From: a virus | Lineage: Duplodnaviria > Heunggongvirae > Uroviricota > Caudoviricetes | Reading direction: 5' to 3' (one strand) | DNA length: 64,000 nt | IMG/VR virus record: IMGVR_UViG_3300028603_000003 | In this document: one piece after another, positions 7,334-15,998 of the stretch | Layout: each line of letters opens with the position of its first letter | Position numbering within the stretch: position 1 is the stretch's first letter | The notes under the pieces: generated by a model | What the model was told of the DNA's origin: nothing | What the model saw: the letters and a program-made list of their open reading frames with translations, nothing else | The model's database searches: none | Translations under genes and position numbers: made by a program

Positions 7334-8868
7334 TTCATAGGTATCCTTATTGTCTTGTAGTTGAATTGCTCTTGGGTATATAACGTAAGTCTATCAAGAA
7401 AGTGCTTCAAAGTAAAATTTATCTTTGATGTCTTTCCTGTTTTTGCTGACTTTATCGTAAAGTCATCAGCAATGTCATATAGAGTGCAAAAGCTCTTTCC
7501 TTCTGCCAGACGCAAGCCTCTACCGATTGACTGGAGGTTTCTGACCTTTGACTTGGTTGGTGAAGCAAAAATGATGTTGTCAATGTTAGAAACAGAATAT
7601 CCTCTGGAAGTTGTGCCGTATGATGCAAGCAATATGCAGTCAGTCTCGCTACTCACAATTTGCTGCCTGTACTCTTCTCTTTTTGTGGCAGACACATTGC
7701 CATCAATGTAGTAGATGTTCTTTTCTGTTTTGGATTCAAGGATTGATTTAATTGTCTTTCCTTGCTTCTCTACTAGATTGAAAAGTATTAGTGTGTTTCC
7801 CTTTAGATCGGTAGCTAAGTTTGCAATAAAATTGTTTCTAGCATCATTAGTGACAATGTAATCGATTTCTGTCTGGTAGTCAAAAGTCTTCTCAGCCATC
7901 ATTTTTTTGAAGGTTTTCTTGACTTCCTCTGGGTGATCAAGAACTAGACACTTTATCTTCAGTTCCGAAGCTGCCCCCATGTCAATCATGTCTCGTGTCG
8001 TCACGACCGTGTACGGCACTCCAAACAATCCAGTAAGAGCAAGAAGATTCATCTTGCAGTCCCGTAGCGTACCCGTTGCTCCGATCTTGAATACAACCTG
8101 ATTCGCAAGTTCCATGATTCGAGTCAGACTGGTAGCTGCGGCCTCATGGGCCTCGTCTACAATGATTGCTCTGAACTTGTTGAAGTGTGCTGCTGATTCT
8201 TTTTGTTGTGACTGCCATGTGGTGACAACAATGGGTTTGACTAGTGTCTTATCGTAGTCTCCAGAAACTTTTTGTACATGATCACTCACTTTCCATGTGT
8301 CGCGCATGCTATACTGTGTAAAGTCGGAGTACATTTGCTCGACAAGCCCCTTAGAAGGGACGATAAGCATTACGTTAAATCCTGCGAAAAACTCTGTCAA
8401 GTATCTGATAATGCAGTAGATTTGTAGAGACTTGCCGCTACTTGTGGCCGAAAGCAGGATTGTTCTCTTAGAGGTCAAGGCATGCACCACGGCATCGATC
8501 TGGTATCCCCTCAAGTCCATCGGCTCGCCATCAGATGTTGACAAAGAGATTTGACTGAGGTATGATTTCACATGTTCAGGGTCAATCTGATAAAAACTAT
8601 CTTCTTCGTTTTCTAAAAATTCAATCTCATAACCAAGTCTACGAACAAAAGAACTTAACTCTTCGGTTAAACCAACATAGATTCTCTTCGTCATGATGTT
8701 GTACAAACGAATCTTTCCATCCCATCTGCCTTGTTTGTATGCAGGCATGTGTTGATAACCAGTAACTTCGAACGTGAAGTTCTCATGAATCTCACGTTCG
8801 ACTCCAGAATCATCTGACCAAGCTTGTATGTAGGTTTCGTCTAGTTTTTGTATGAATACTTTACTCAT
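7330..8868 (-). CDS. uvsW: UvsW SF2 DNA helicase
   Basis: WDGKIRL, LRGYQ Q-motif, ATSSGKS Walker A, DEAH, QSIGRGLR. Confidence 0.97.
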   Translation of the reverse strand: MSKVFIQKLDETYIQAWSDDSGVEREIHENFTFEVTGYQHMPAYKQGRWDGKIRLYNIMTKRIYVGLTEELSSFVRRLGYEIEFLENEEDSFYQIDPEHVKSYLSQISLSTSDGEPMDLRGYQIDAVVHALTSKRTILLSATSSGKSLQIYCIIRYLTEFFAGFNVMLIVPSKGLVEQMYSDFTQYSMRDTWKVSDHVQKVSGDYDKTLVKPIVVTTWQSQQKESAAHFNKFRAIIVDEAHEAAATSLTRIMELANQVVFKIGATGTLRDCKMNLLALTGLFGVPYTVVTTRDMIDMGAASELKIKCLVLDHPEEVKKTFKKMMAEKTFDYQTEIDYIVTNDARNNFIANLATDLKGNTLILFNLVEKQGKTIKSILESKTEKNIYYIDGNVSATKREEYRQQIVSSETDCILLASYGTTSRGYSVSNIDNIIFASPTKSKVRNLQSIGRGLRLAEGKSFCTLYDIADDFTIKSAKTGKTSKINFTLKHFLDRLTLYTQEQFNYKTIRIPMK

Positions 8869-9323
8869 TAGTTAAGTCCGTTCATCATCTTCGTCCAATC
8901 AACGTGTGTTCGAAGGCTGTAGTTTCTTGAATTGATTTCTTTTACGATTGATTCTAGAAGTTGAACCGTAACCTCTAGGTCATATACTTCCTCATCGATA
9001 ACCATGATGTCTTCGTCCATTTTAAGAACGTCGCTCATCTCTGACTTGAGAATCTTGTTTCCTTGATACTGATTCCATCCATACTTGACAAGATCGTCTT
9101 TGGTCATTTCGCCTTTGTAATACTTGATCTTGTCTTTTTGTAGACGAAGCAACTTGTTTTCAGTTCTCTTTCTTGCTCGCCGAACATCGGCTAACAACCC
9201 AGTGTACTTTGAATGAAGAAGGGGAACATTTGCAATTTCTTTTGCTATGTTCCCCTCATTGATTTTTGCATCTTCTTTCCACATCGACTTAATCTGATCT
9301 AGGATTGATTCTGTCTTTTCCAT
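8868..9323 (-). CDS. uvsY: Recombination mediator UvsY
   Basis: W..D..I...NVPLLHSKY...KYYKG pattern; synteny between uvsW and gp3. Confidence 0.92.
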   Translation of the reverse strand: MEKTESILDQIKSMWKEDAKINEGNIAKEIANVPLLHSKYTGLLADVRRARKRTENKLLRLQKDKIKYYKGEMTKDDLVKYGWNQYQGNKILKSEMSDVLKMDEDIMVIDEEVYDLEVTVQLLESIVKEINSRNYSLRTHVDWTKMMNGLN

Positions 9324-9338
9324 AATAAACTCCTAATT

Positions 9339-9875
9339 CTATTTCACAATTTTGTAATAGCTGTACTTGAATGTTGCGGTTGCCACAAGATACTCAACAT
9401 CGCTTACCTGAGTAGTCAAGTCTAGGCCAGATAAAGAAGTAGGGAAAGCGTCATAGTATTCTACACGAGCAATCTCACATCCTCTATCTGACATGATAAC
9501 AAATTGTATATCAGAGGTCAAACTTTTTTCTGTTACTACTTCTGGATTCCCATCATTTTCTGCGATATAATCTTTTAAGTTCTGGTAATCGTTTACTCGT
9601 GCATACCCACTCATCCACTTGTAAACTTCAAAATAGTTGTTCATCTTGAAGTCAACAATGAACCGCACAACCAAGTCGCCGAAATCCGCAACTTCACCTG
9701 TTACGGGAATTGGTTTGAACGGAGTGGGCATGGTCGGATAACCGACAGACATTTCTGGAATTCCGGTGTTAACCGTGTAGAAAGAAACGTTCGGCAGTCT
9801 GGGGATAACTAGCTGAAACTGAGAGTTCTTCAGAAAGTTATATTGAGTATCAGAGGTTGTTAGTTCATATGACAT
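9339..9875 (-). CDS. gp3: Tail completion / sheath stabiliser protein
   Basis: NFL..SQFQLVIPRLPNVSFY...G...FGDLVVRFIVD..M.NY.E.Y.WM...FPTSLSGL...YL.A.ATF.Y. Confidence 0.88.
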   Translation of the reverse strand: MSYELTTSDTQYNFLKNSQFQLVIPRLPNVSFYTVNTGIPEMSVGYPTMPTPFKPIPVTGEVADFGDLVVRFIVDFKMNNYFEVYKWMSGYARVNDYQNLKDYIAENDGNPEVVTEKSLTSDIQFVIMSDRGCEIARVEYYDAFPTSLSGLDLTTQVSDVEYLVATATFKYSYYKIVK

Positions 9876-9913
9876 CTTGGTGTTCCTTGAGTTACGCTTG
9901 TATTATTTATGTG

Positions 9914-9943
9914 TTGACTTCGGAGTCATAGGTGTGCTAAGAT
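9914..9943 (+). promoter_or_regulatory. Sigma70-type promoter for the alpha/beta hydrolase gene
   Basis: TTGACT-N18-TAAGAT with an extended -10 TG. Confidence 0.5.
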
Positions 9944-9969
9944 GTGTATGTAATTCAGTGGAGAATAAA

Positions 9970-10548
9970 TTGAACGCTTTAATCTATGTACATGGCTGGA
10001 ACTCTTCTGGAGAGAGCGACACTGCGACTAAAGTCAAAGAACTCTTCGAAGATGAATTTGTGGTATTCTGTCCGACTCTAACCAAGAACCCTCAAGAAAA
10101 TATCAAGCTTCTTCGGAAGCTTGTTCTGGACTGTGTTCTTTCTGGGAAGGAACCTGTGCTCGTTGGTTCTTCTTGGGGCGGTTTGTTTGCCTTGATTGTC
10201 GCTAGACTGTATTCTACTCGATGTGTCCTCATTAATCCTTCGCTGGTGCCAACAGAAAACCTAAAGAAGTATCCGGGTGCTCTAGACGACGGTGAAACCT
10301 ACAAGGCTTACTGGAAGCTCCAGAGAAGCGTGTGGGGAGATGCAAAGTATTACAAGCACATTCCTATGTGTTTCCTTCTCGGACTAGAAGACTCTGTCGT
10401 AAACCCAGAAGAAAATGGCCTGCTGTATTGTAACGAAGCAGGCCACAGAGTCGTCCATCTTAATGAGGGTCACAGGCTTTCTAGCGAAAGCAGCTTTCTA
10501 GCTTTGCGCAATGAAGTGCTGAACCTTGCAAACACTGTTACTCAATAG
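9970..10548 (+). CDS. YqiA/YcfP-like alpha/beta hydrolase (esterase)
   Basis: YVHGWNS oxyanion segment, GSSWGG nucleophile elbow, DSVV, GHRL; TTG start at 9970 behind GGAGA (the track starts at 9877). Confidence 0.85.
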   Translation: MNALIYVHGWNSSGESDTATKVKELFEDEFVVFCPTLTKNPQENIKLLRKLVLDCVLSGKEPVLVGSSWGGLFALIVARLYSTRCVLINPSLVPTENLKKYPGALDDGETYKAYWKLQRSVWGDAKYYKHIPMCFLLGLEDSVVNPEENGLLYCNEAGHRVVHLNEGHRLSSESSFLALRNEVLNLANTVTQ

Positions 10549-11123
10549 ATATCCACGAATGGAGTTCCTGTCATGATCTTGGTCTTCCACTCTGATCCTA
10601 TCTTTCTTTGATAGAAGAACTCTTCTAGTTCAGGGTTTGCCTCGACTTCGGGGTCGTCTGGGTCTACCGGATAGATAATCTCATCATCAACAATTTTTTC
10701 GACTTCTTCTGGATGAATCACAAAATCCTCGAAGCCTGTAACCTGTCGTTTTGAAAACCGCAAAGAGCCTCCAGATATTTCTGCGTAGGCTCTTTCTTTT
10801 TTCATGTCGTCCCTTACAATCTCTGCCAGCTTTTGCTTTCCTTTCTGGCTACCATCAGAAGCAATAGCCACTCGTTTCCGCCCTTCCTTGTCTTTGTACA
10901 TAGCGACAGCGACGATCTTCCCGTCTTGTCTGACAAGCTTCCAGATGGGAATATTCTTCTTCATATCCTCAACATCGTTGAACCCAGACCCCTTCAGGCC
11001 GCCAATGTATTCATACGCTTTCTGTAAAAGGTCGTAAACTTCTTTGGCGTAGAGTTCCCGTTCGGCAGAGTCTGCATGTAGGAAGGTCAAAAACCTTTCC
11101 GAAATAAACTGTTTAAACTTCAC
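10542..11123 (-). CDS. Putative internal head protein, possibly GNAT-like fold
   Basis: Begins MKFKQFISE (T4 internal-protein-like leader); late promoter ATAAATAG at 11163-11170; WKLVRQDGKIVAVAMYK beta-hairpin is GNAT-like (weak). Confidence 0.5.
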   Translation of the reverse strand: MKFKQFISERFLTFLHADSAERELYAKEVYDLLQKAYEYIGGLKGSGFNDVEDMKKNIPIWKLVRQDGKIVAVAMYKDKEGRKRVAIASDGSQKGKQKLAEIVRDDMKKERAYAEISGGSLRFSKRQVTGFEDFVIHPEEVEKIVDDEIIYPVDPDDPEVEANPELEEFFYQRKIGSEWKTKIMTGTPFVDIY

Positions 11124-11139
11124 TTGATTGTTCCTTTGG

Positions 11140-11170
11140 TATAAGTAGTAAACGAATATTAACTATTTAT
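11140..11170. promoter_or_regulatory. Divergent late promoters (TATAAGTA on +, ATAAATAG on -)
   Basis: TATAAGTA at 11140-11147 (+) and ctatttat at 11163-11170 (-), between divergent genes. Confidence 0.55.
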
Positions 11171-11180
11171 CTGGATCGAT

Positions 11181-13076
11181 ATGAAATTTTTAAACTTTCT
11201 AAAAGAGTCTGAAGAAAGCCAAATACACGAAGTAAAGATGTCGCCATCGGTGCTGGCAAAGTTTGGCAATTCAGAAAAGGCAAACGAAATCCTTGTCGGA
11301 GCCGAATTCGAAATGTATTTTAGAGGTGCTATTACTAACGCAAAAGAGCTTCCACCTTGGGACAAAAATTTGACGTGGGATGACATCGAAGAATATGCCT
11401 TCAAAGATAATCCAGACGCAGTAACTAAGATGGAAGAAGGTTATGACGAATGGTATCAGACATTATTGGAAGAATATAAAGGGGATTATCTACAGCCAAG
11501 AATAGTAGAGGCTGCGATAGATGAACACGAAGACAAGTTGTTGAGATTCTACAATGAGCAACAACAAGTAACAGATTCAGAAACCTTAGAGGCGATCATA
11601 AAAGAAAAGGGTGACTACCCTGTATATCAATCCTCTAGAGAGTTTGAAAAAAAGGCTTCAGAAAATCAGAAGATTTACTCCAAGATTTCTTCTGCCTTGC
11701 AAGATGATATGGAAGGAATGTATAAAGCAGAGCTAGATGATTTCTTGCAAGACGCTTTGGGCAATCCCCCACAATGGGCTGGAAATTGGCTAGAATACTA
11801 TACCGATCAAACTCAAGAAACTTTGCAGAGGGACTTTGAAAATTCTGTAGACGTTTCGATTCCCAGATTTTTTGAATACATGCAGGCCATCAACGGATGG
11901 CAAAGTCTGAGTTCGTATTACGGTGGAAGTCTATCTGACGAAGAAGGGTTTGACATTGAAGCAGCAGAAAGTTTAGCTGAAAGTTTGAGTAAAGAAATAG
12001 GGTACGAGGTAGAAGTCTATTCTGAGTATAAGTCAAGTGAAGCTGGAGATTGGGTAGATAGAGGCGTTTGGGTTATGGAACCAGACGGGTCAGTTACAGG
12101 CCAAGGGGTCAGCAAGTCGGACCTTGGAATTGAGATTAAAAGTCCTCCGATTCCTTTACCTGAGTTTGTACAGATATTTGACAAGTTTGTTAAGTGGGCG
12201 AAAGAAAATAAAGCCTACACCAACAAACAAACTGGCCTTCACCTTAACATGTCAATCCCTGATGGCGGAAAGATTGACTATTTGAAGTTGGTTTTATTTG
12301 CTGGTGCAGATAAAGTCAGCGCAGATTTCGAAAGAACTTTCAGCGCATACGCAAAGTCAAATCTAAAAACTCTAGAGAAAGTTGTAAAGGATGACAACAG
12401 ATACGAAGATAGAATCTCAGATTCGATGGCCGCACTCAAACAAGGAATGCTAACTAAGGCGTCTAAAATTCTTGACGATTCAAATTCCGATAGATACATG
12501 CAGATTAACTTCAAATACAGCTACGTCGAGTTTAGAGCACCCGGTAACGATTGGTTAGATCGATACCTACCACAAGTCACAGAAACCCTTTATAGGTTCG
12601 GATACGCGCTTACAATTGCTGCTGACGTTAGTGCTGAAAGAGAAGAGTATGCAAAGAAACTTTATAAGCTTTTGTCTAATGCGGGAAGCGAAGACTTTCT
12701 GACCCCGTTCGTAAAATTTGCTTCTGGGATGATGAGTAAGAAAGAACTAAAACATACTCTGGCCTATAGGAGCAATATCAGAAAGATGCGATTTGATCCT
12801 TCAGGTATGACAGTCGAAGACTTCAAACAAATCTTCAAAGAGAACGGCCTTGACGAATTCAAAGTAAAGAGTCGAGATGGAAGGAACTTCTATACTGTGA
12901 AGGGAGAAAACCTCATACAGATTGGGAGACTTGGAACATCAGACAAGGTAACATACAGATATCATATGAGGTTTGAGAGAGAAAACGAAGACCCTATGTT
13001 TGTGGATACGATTCAAATTGTGTACTTCTCACCAAATCTAACAACAGAAATTCTTGGACTAACGGATAAAATCTAA
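11181..13076 (+). CDS. Putative amidoligase (COOH-NH2 ligase type 2, Amidoligase_2 family)
   Basis: VGAEFEMY, EPDGSV, GIEIKSPP, TNKQTGLHLNMS, RYMQIN and VEFRAPG in family order, with a long acidic insert after the first motif. Confidence 0.8.
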   Translation: MKFLNFLKESEESQIHEVKMSPSVLAKFGNSEKANEILVGAEFEMYFRGAITNAKELPPWDKNLTWDDIEEYAFKDNPDAVTKMEEGYDEWYQTLLEEYKGDYLQPRIVEAAIDEHEDKLLRFYNEQQQVTDSETLEAIIKEKGDYPVYQSSREFEKKASENQKIYSKISSALQDDMEGMYKAELDDFLQDALGNPPQWAGNWLEYYTDQTQETLQRDFENSVDVSIPRFFEYMQAINGWQSLSSYYGGSLSDEEGFDIEAAESLAESLSKEIGYEVEVYSEYKSSEAGDWVDRGVWVMEPDGSVTGQGVSKSDLGIEIKSPPIPLPEFVQIFDKFVKWAKENKAYTNKQTGLHLNMSIPDGGKIDYLKLVLFAGADKVSADFERTFSAYAKSNLKTLEKVVKDDNRYEDRISDSMAALKQGMLTKASKILDDSNSDRYMQINFKYSYVEFRAPGNDWLDRYLPQVTETLYRFGYALTIAADVSAEREEYAKKLYKLLSNAGSEDFLTPFVKFASGMMSKKELKHTLAYRSNIRKMRFDPSGMTVEDFKQIFKENGLDEFKVKSRDGRNFYTVKGENLIQIGRLGTSDKVTYRYHMRFERENEDPMFVDTIQIVYFSPNLTTEILGLTDKI

Positions 13077-13077
13077 C

Positions 13078-14340
13078 ATGGAAATAAGCAAATCACTTTA
13101 CGAAACTGTCTCGTCAATTCTTCTTAGGGAGTTTGACGAAACTATCACATGGAACAAATTGGGAGCAAAGCTGTTCCAAGTCTGGAACAGCTTTGAAGGT
13201 AATGAGCCTGTAGAGTCTACAGCAAAATCTATTACTATGGAGACAATCACTAGAGCAGACCCAACACAAAACAAAAAATATTCTCTATGGATTGCAACTA
13301 GAATTTCTAATAAAGACCCAGATTTAGTTCAATTGTTAGATGAAAGCAAATCCGCATCAATGATCGCGGTTGTCAATAATGTTCTTAGATACTTTGACAC
13401 ACTAAAGAATAACAGAAAAATTTCTGGCGCAGACGCAGACATTAATAGATACAAGTCTTTCAAAGAACTAGCAGAAAAGACTGAAAGCTTTCCAGAAGAA
13501 GAGATTATCTCAAATAAGTCTAAGAAACGTGATATTGCAAAGGAAATGCAAAAGCAAGCTGAGTTGTTCCTTAGCACACCTGAATATACAGTAATCATTC
13601 CAAAGACAGAAGAGGCTTCTTGTTATTATGGACAGAACACGAAGTGGTGTACTGCCGCTACTGATGGCCGCAACATGTTTAAAGCATATTCGAGCGATGG
13701 AAATCTCTACATCATCATCCCGAAGAATCCCTCATATGACGGGGAAAAGTATCAGGTTCACTTTAATCCAATTTCTATGATGGACGAGCTTGACGAAGAG
13801 GTAGAATTTGAAACGATGTTGGAAAAGTTTCCAGAGTTCTTCGAAAAGGTTGCGGAGGCTGGAGAGTTAGAAGACAGCGATTACGTTGTATTCATGAAGA
13901 ACGAAGTTAAACAAAGGATGATTAATAATTTCAATGAATTTATTAATCAAGCTGCATATGACATCGAGCAGGACGCAGAACAAAACGATGAAGGATACGC
14001 AGAATACATTGCTTCAGAATACAAAGACGAAGACGGAGAAATAGATTGGGAAAGAGGCTATGAGGAAATGCCATACTCGGATTACAACGATGAGCTTAAG
14101 TGGTGGTTGTCTAAGCTCATAGAAGACTACAAGTTTTCTGACCTGTCCGATCTGGCCGAGTGGTTGAAGCAATATTCTCATTATGAAGAACCCGTAACCG
14201 CACTATATGTGGGGAGATTCTTTAAATGGGTAATCAACGAGAAAGCAGTTGAAAATCGAGATGGCTCGTGGTATACAGACGCTCTTCGAGGTAAAGTACG
14301 CGAGCTTTCTGTTAATAAAAAAGACGGAAGCTTGTACTAA
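13078..14340 (+). CDS. PcfJ-like domain protein
   Basis: EEASCYYGQNTKWCTAA...NMFKAY...GNLYIII...KYQVHF motif, recalled from PcfJ-like domains of large phages; acidic C-terminus. Confidence 0.45.
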   Translation: MEISKSLYETVSSILLREFDETITWNKLGAKLFQVWNSFEGNEPVESTAKSITMETITRADPTQNKKYSLWIATRISNKDPDLVQLLDESKSASMIAVVNNVLRYFDTLKNNRKISGADADINRYKSFKELAEKTESFPEEEIISNKSKKRDIAKEMQKQAELFLSTPEYTVIIPKTEEASCYYGQNTKWCTAATDGRNMFKAYSSDGNLYIIIPKNPSYDGEKYQVHFNPISMMDELDEEVEFETMLEKFPEFFEKVAEAGELEDSDYVVFMKNEVKQRMINNFNEFINQAAYDIEQDAEQNDEGYAEYIASEYKDEDGEIDWERGYEEMPYSDYNDELKWWLSKLIEDYKFSDLSDLAEWLKQYSHYEEPVTALYVGRFFKWVINEKAVENRDGSWYTDALRGKVRELSVNKKDGSLY

Positions 14341-14365
14341 AAGAAAAGGGGCCATTGGCCCCTTT
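14341..14365. terminator. Bidirectional intrinsic terminator
   Basis: AAGAAAAGGGGCC-ATT-GGCCCCTTT between convergent genes; identical 25-mer at 61959-61983. Confidence 0.85.
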
Positions 14366-14366
14366 C

Positions 14367-15902
14367 TCATTTTTCGAGTTCTTGAATGTAGTCTACAAGC
14401 TGTTTGAGTCTATCATCTCGTTCTACACCAACAGAGCTTACGTTTCTGTATCCCAGAATTTCTTTTGTCGCATTTGTCTTTTCTTGTTTAGACAATCCAA
14501 CGTCACTATAGATTATTGTCAACATTTTCCACAAGATTTTTGCGCCTTCTGCATCTGACAAGTCTATATATTTCAATAGCGGGAAGGTATAAACCATTGA
14601 GTATTTGTTCAGAATAGATTTTGCGATGTCTGAGTTAATGTCTCCGAAATTATTCGTGTAACCTGAAATTACTCGCCTAACTGGTTCGATTGAATCTGAA
14701 TTTTGATATGAATCTACTGCGGCTCGTTTCAAAGCTTCGTGTAAAGCAGTGTTTAAAAAGTGGTTTCTGTTTGTGAGCAGTTCTTCGTCAACAGAAAGAT
14801 TTCCGCCATTGTTGAAGTCTAACTGAAGCTTAGACATAAGCTGCTTCGCTATGTCTTTTGTTAATCTTCCTTGTAACAACAGGTTTATAATTCTTTCGTA
14901 GTATTCATTACCTTTTACAGAGAATCGCTTTGCTGCGCTCCTAGAAACGTTCTCCACTCTTACCACTTTGTCAATTACTCTTGGATTGAAGATGACCATC
15001 TGATGTGGCTCATTGTTGTGCACAATGCCATCGCCATCGTCAATAACCCCGTCAATTCCAAGTTCCCTGAAAATCTTATTCCAGATTACAGGGTGGCCTT
15101 TTGCTGTGGGCTTGTCCTTCCACTTAGTACCATTTGCCCCCAAAATCTTTCCGAGTTTTTTTAATAGTTGGCGTTTCTGGTTAGGCGAAATATTTTTGAA
15201 CTCTGAGGCTTCTTTAGGTTTCCCCTTTGGAAAAGCTTTGTTCCACATTGTTGCCAAAGTCCAATGGTCAGCAGAAGACCCAGAAAAATCAAGAGGGTCT
15301 AGTTCTTCCCATTCTCCTTCGTAGTCTCCATCATATATATCAACTTCGTATTCTTTTCCTTCCAAAATGTGCGAAGCAGCTTTCATTGTAACGTACCAGA
15401 ATCTTCCACCCGGAGTGTCCACTCTTGCCATATTTGGAGCGTCCTCTTTCCACCTGTCAACCACTAGCTGTGGGTTTCGGGTAACAGGATCGAGCTTTGC
15501 AATGACATCGACTAACTTTTTGGTGAAGTATTCATATTGAGACTGTTCGAAAGAGACAAGGTCTAGCATCACTGCATTGGCTTTCCAGTCGAAAACGTTT
15601 GCGTAAGGTGCTTTTCCTTCGAACGGCAGAATATCTTTAAAGCTTCTGGTAGGCATCCTTCCCTTTGCTTCGTTATAAACCCAATCGAAAGGATAAGCGT
15701 AGATTCCAAGTGGAGTGTCATAAGTTGATCTTGGGTTAACACCAAGCTTATCAACGTGAGTCATAGAAAGCCCTACCCTAGATTTGGACTTCTGCCCTAG
15801 AGATTCATAAGCTGCCATGATGGCTTGATCCACATCTAGCTTTGGATTTTGTTCTGGGTTCCTTCTTGCTTCGAAGTAATAGTTTTTGAAGTCTGGTTTC
15901 AT
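14367..15902 (-). CDS. Putative ADP-ribosyltransferase-like internal head protein
   Basis: Start at MKPDFKNYYFE (15902) downstream of late promoter CATAAATA (15935-15942). TPLGIYAYP and LGIDGVID...NEPHQMVIFNP resemble the ART-PolyVal strands G.YF and GYDG...E.VVF.P; the first-strand His is not evident. Confidence 0.5.
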   Translation of the reverse strand: MKPDFKNYYFEARRNPEQNPKLDVDQAIMAAYESLGQKSKSRVGLSMTHVDKLGVNPRSTYDTPLGIYAYPFDWVYNEAKGRMPTRSFKDILPFEGKAPYANVFDWKANAVMLDLVSFEQSQYEYFTKKLVDVIAKLDPVTRNPQLVVDRWKEDAPNMARVDTPGGRFWYVTMKAASHILEGKEYEVDIYDGDYEGEWEELDPLDFSGSSADHWTLATMWNKAFPKGKPKEASEFKNISPNQKRQLLKKLGKILGANGTKWKDKPTAKGHPVIWNKIFRELGIDGVIDDGDGIVHNNEPHQMVIFNPRVIDKVVRVENVSRSAAKRFSVKGNEYYERIINLLLQGRLTKDIAKQLMSKLQLDFNNGGNLSVDEELLTNRNHFLNTALHEALKRAAVDSYQNSDSIEPVRRVISGYTNNFGDINSDIAKSILNKYSMVYTFPLLKYIDLSDAEGAKILWKMLTIIYSDVGLSKQEKTNATKEILGYRNVSSVGVERDDRLKQLVDYIQELEK

Positions 15903-15934
15903 ATGGCGTCCAATTATTTTAGGTATTCTTCTAT

Positions 15935-15975
15935 TATTTATGAACAACAAAAAGCCCGCACTAGGCGGGCTTTTA
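15935..15975 (-). terminator. gp23 terminator followed by a late promoter
   Basis: AAAAGCCCGC-N4-GCGGGCTTTT-like hairpin, then CATAAATA at 15935-15942. Confidence 0.8.
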
Positions 15976-15998
15976 TTTTACTGCTATACTTCTTAAGA

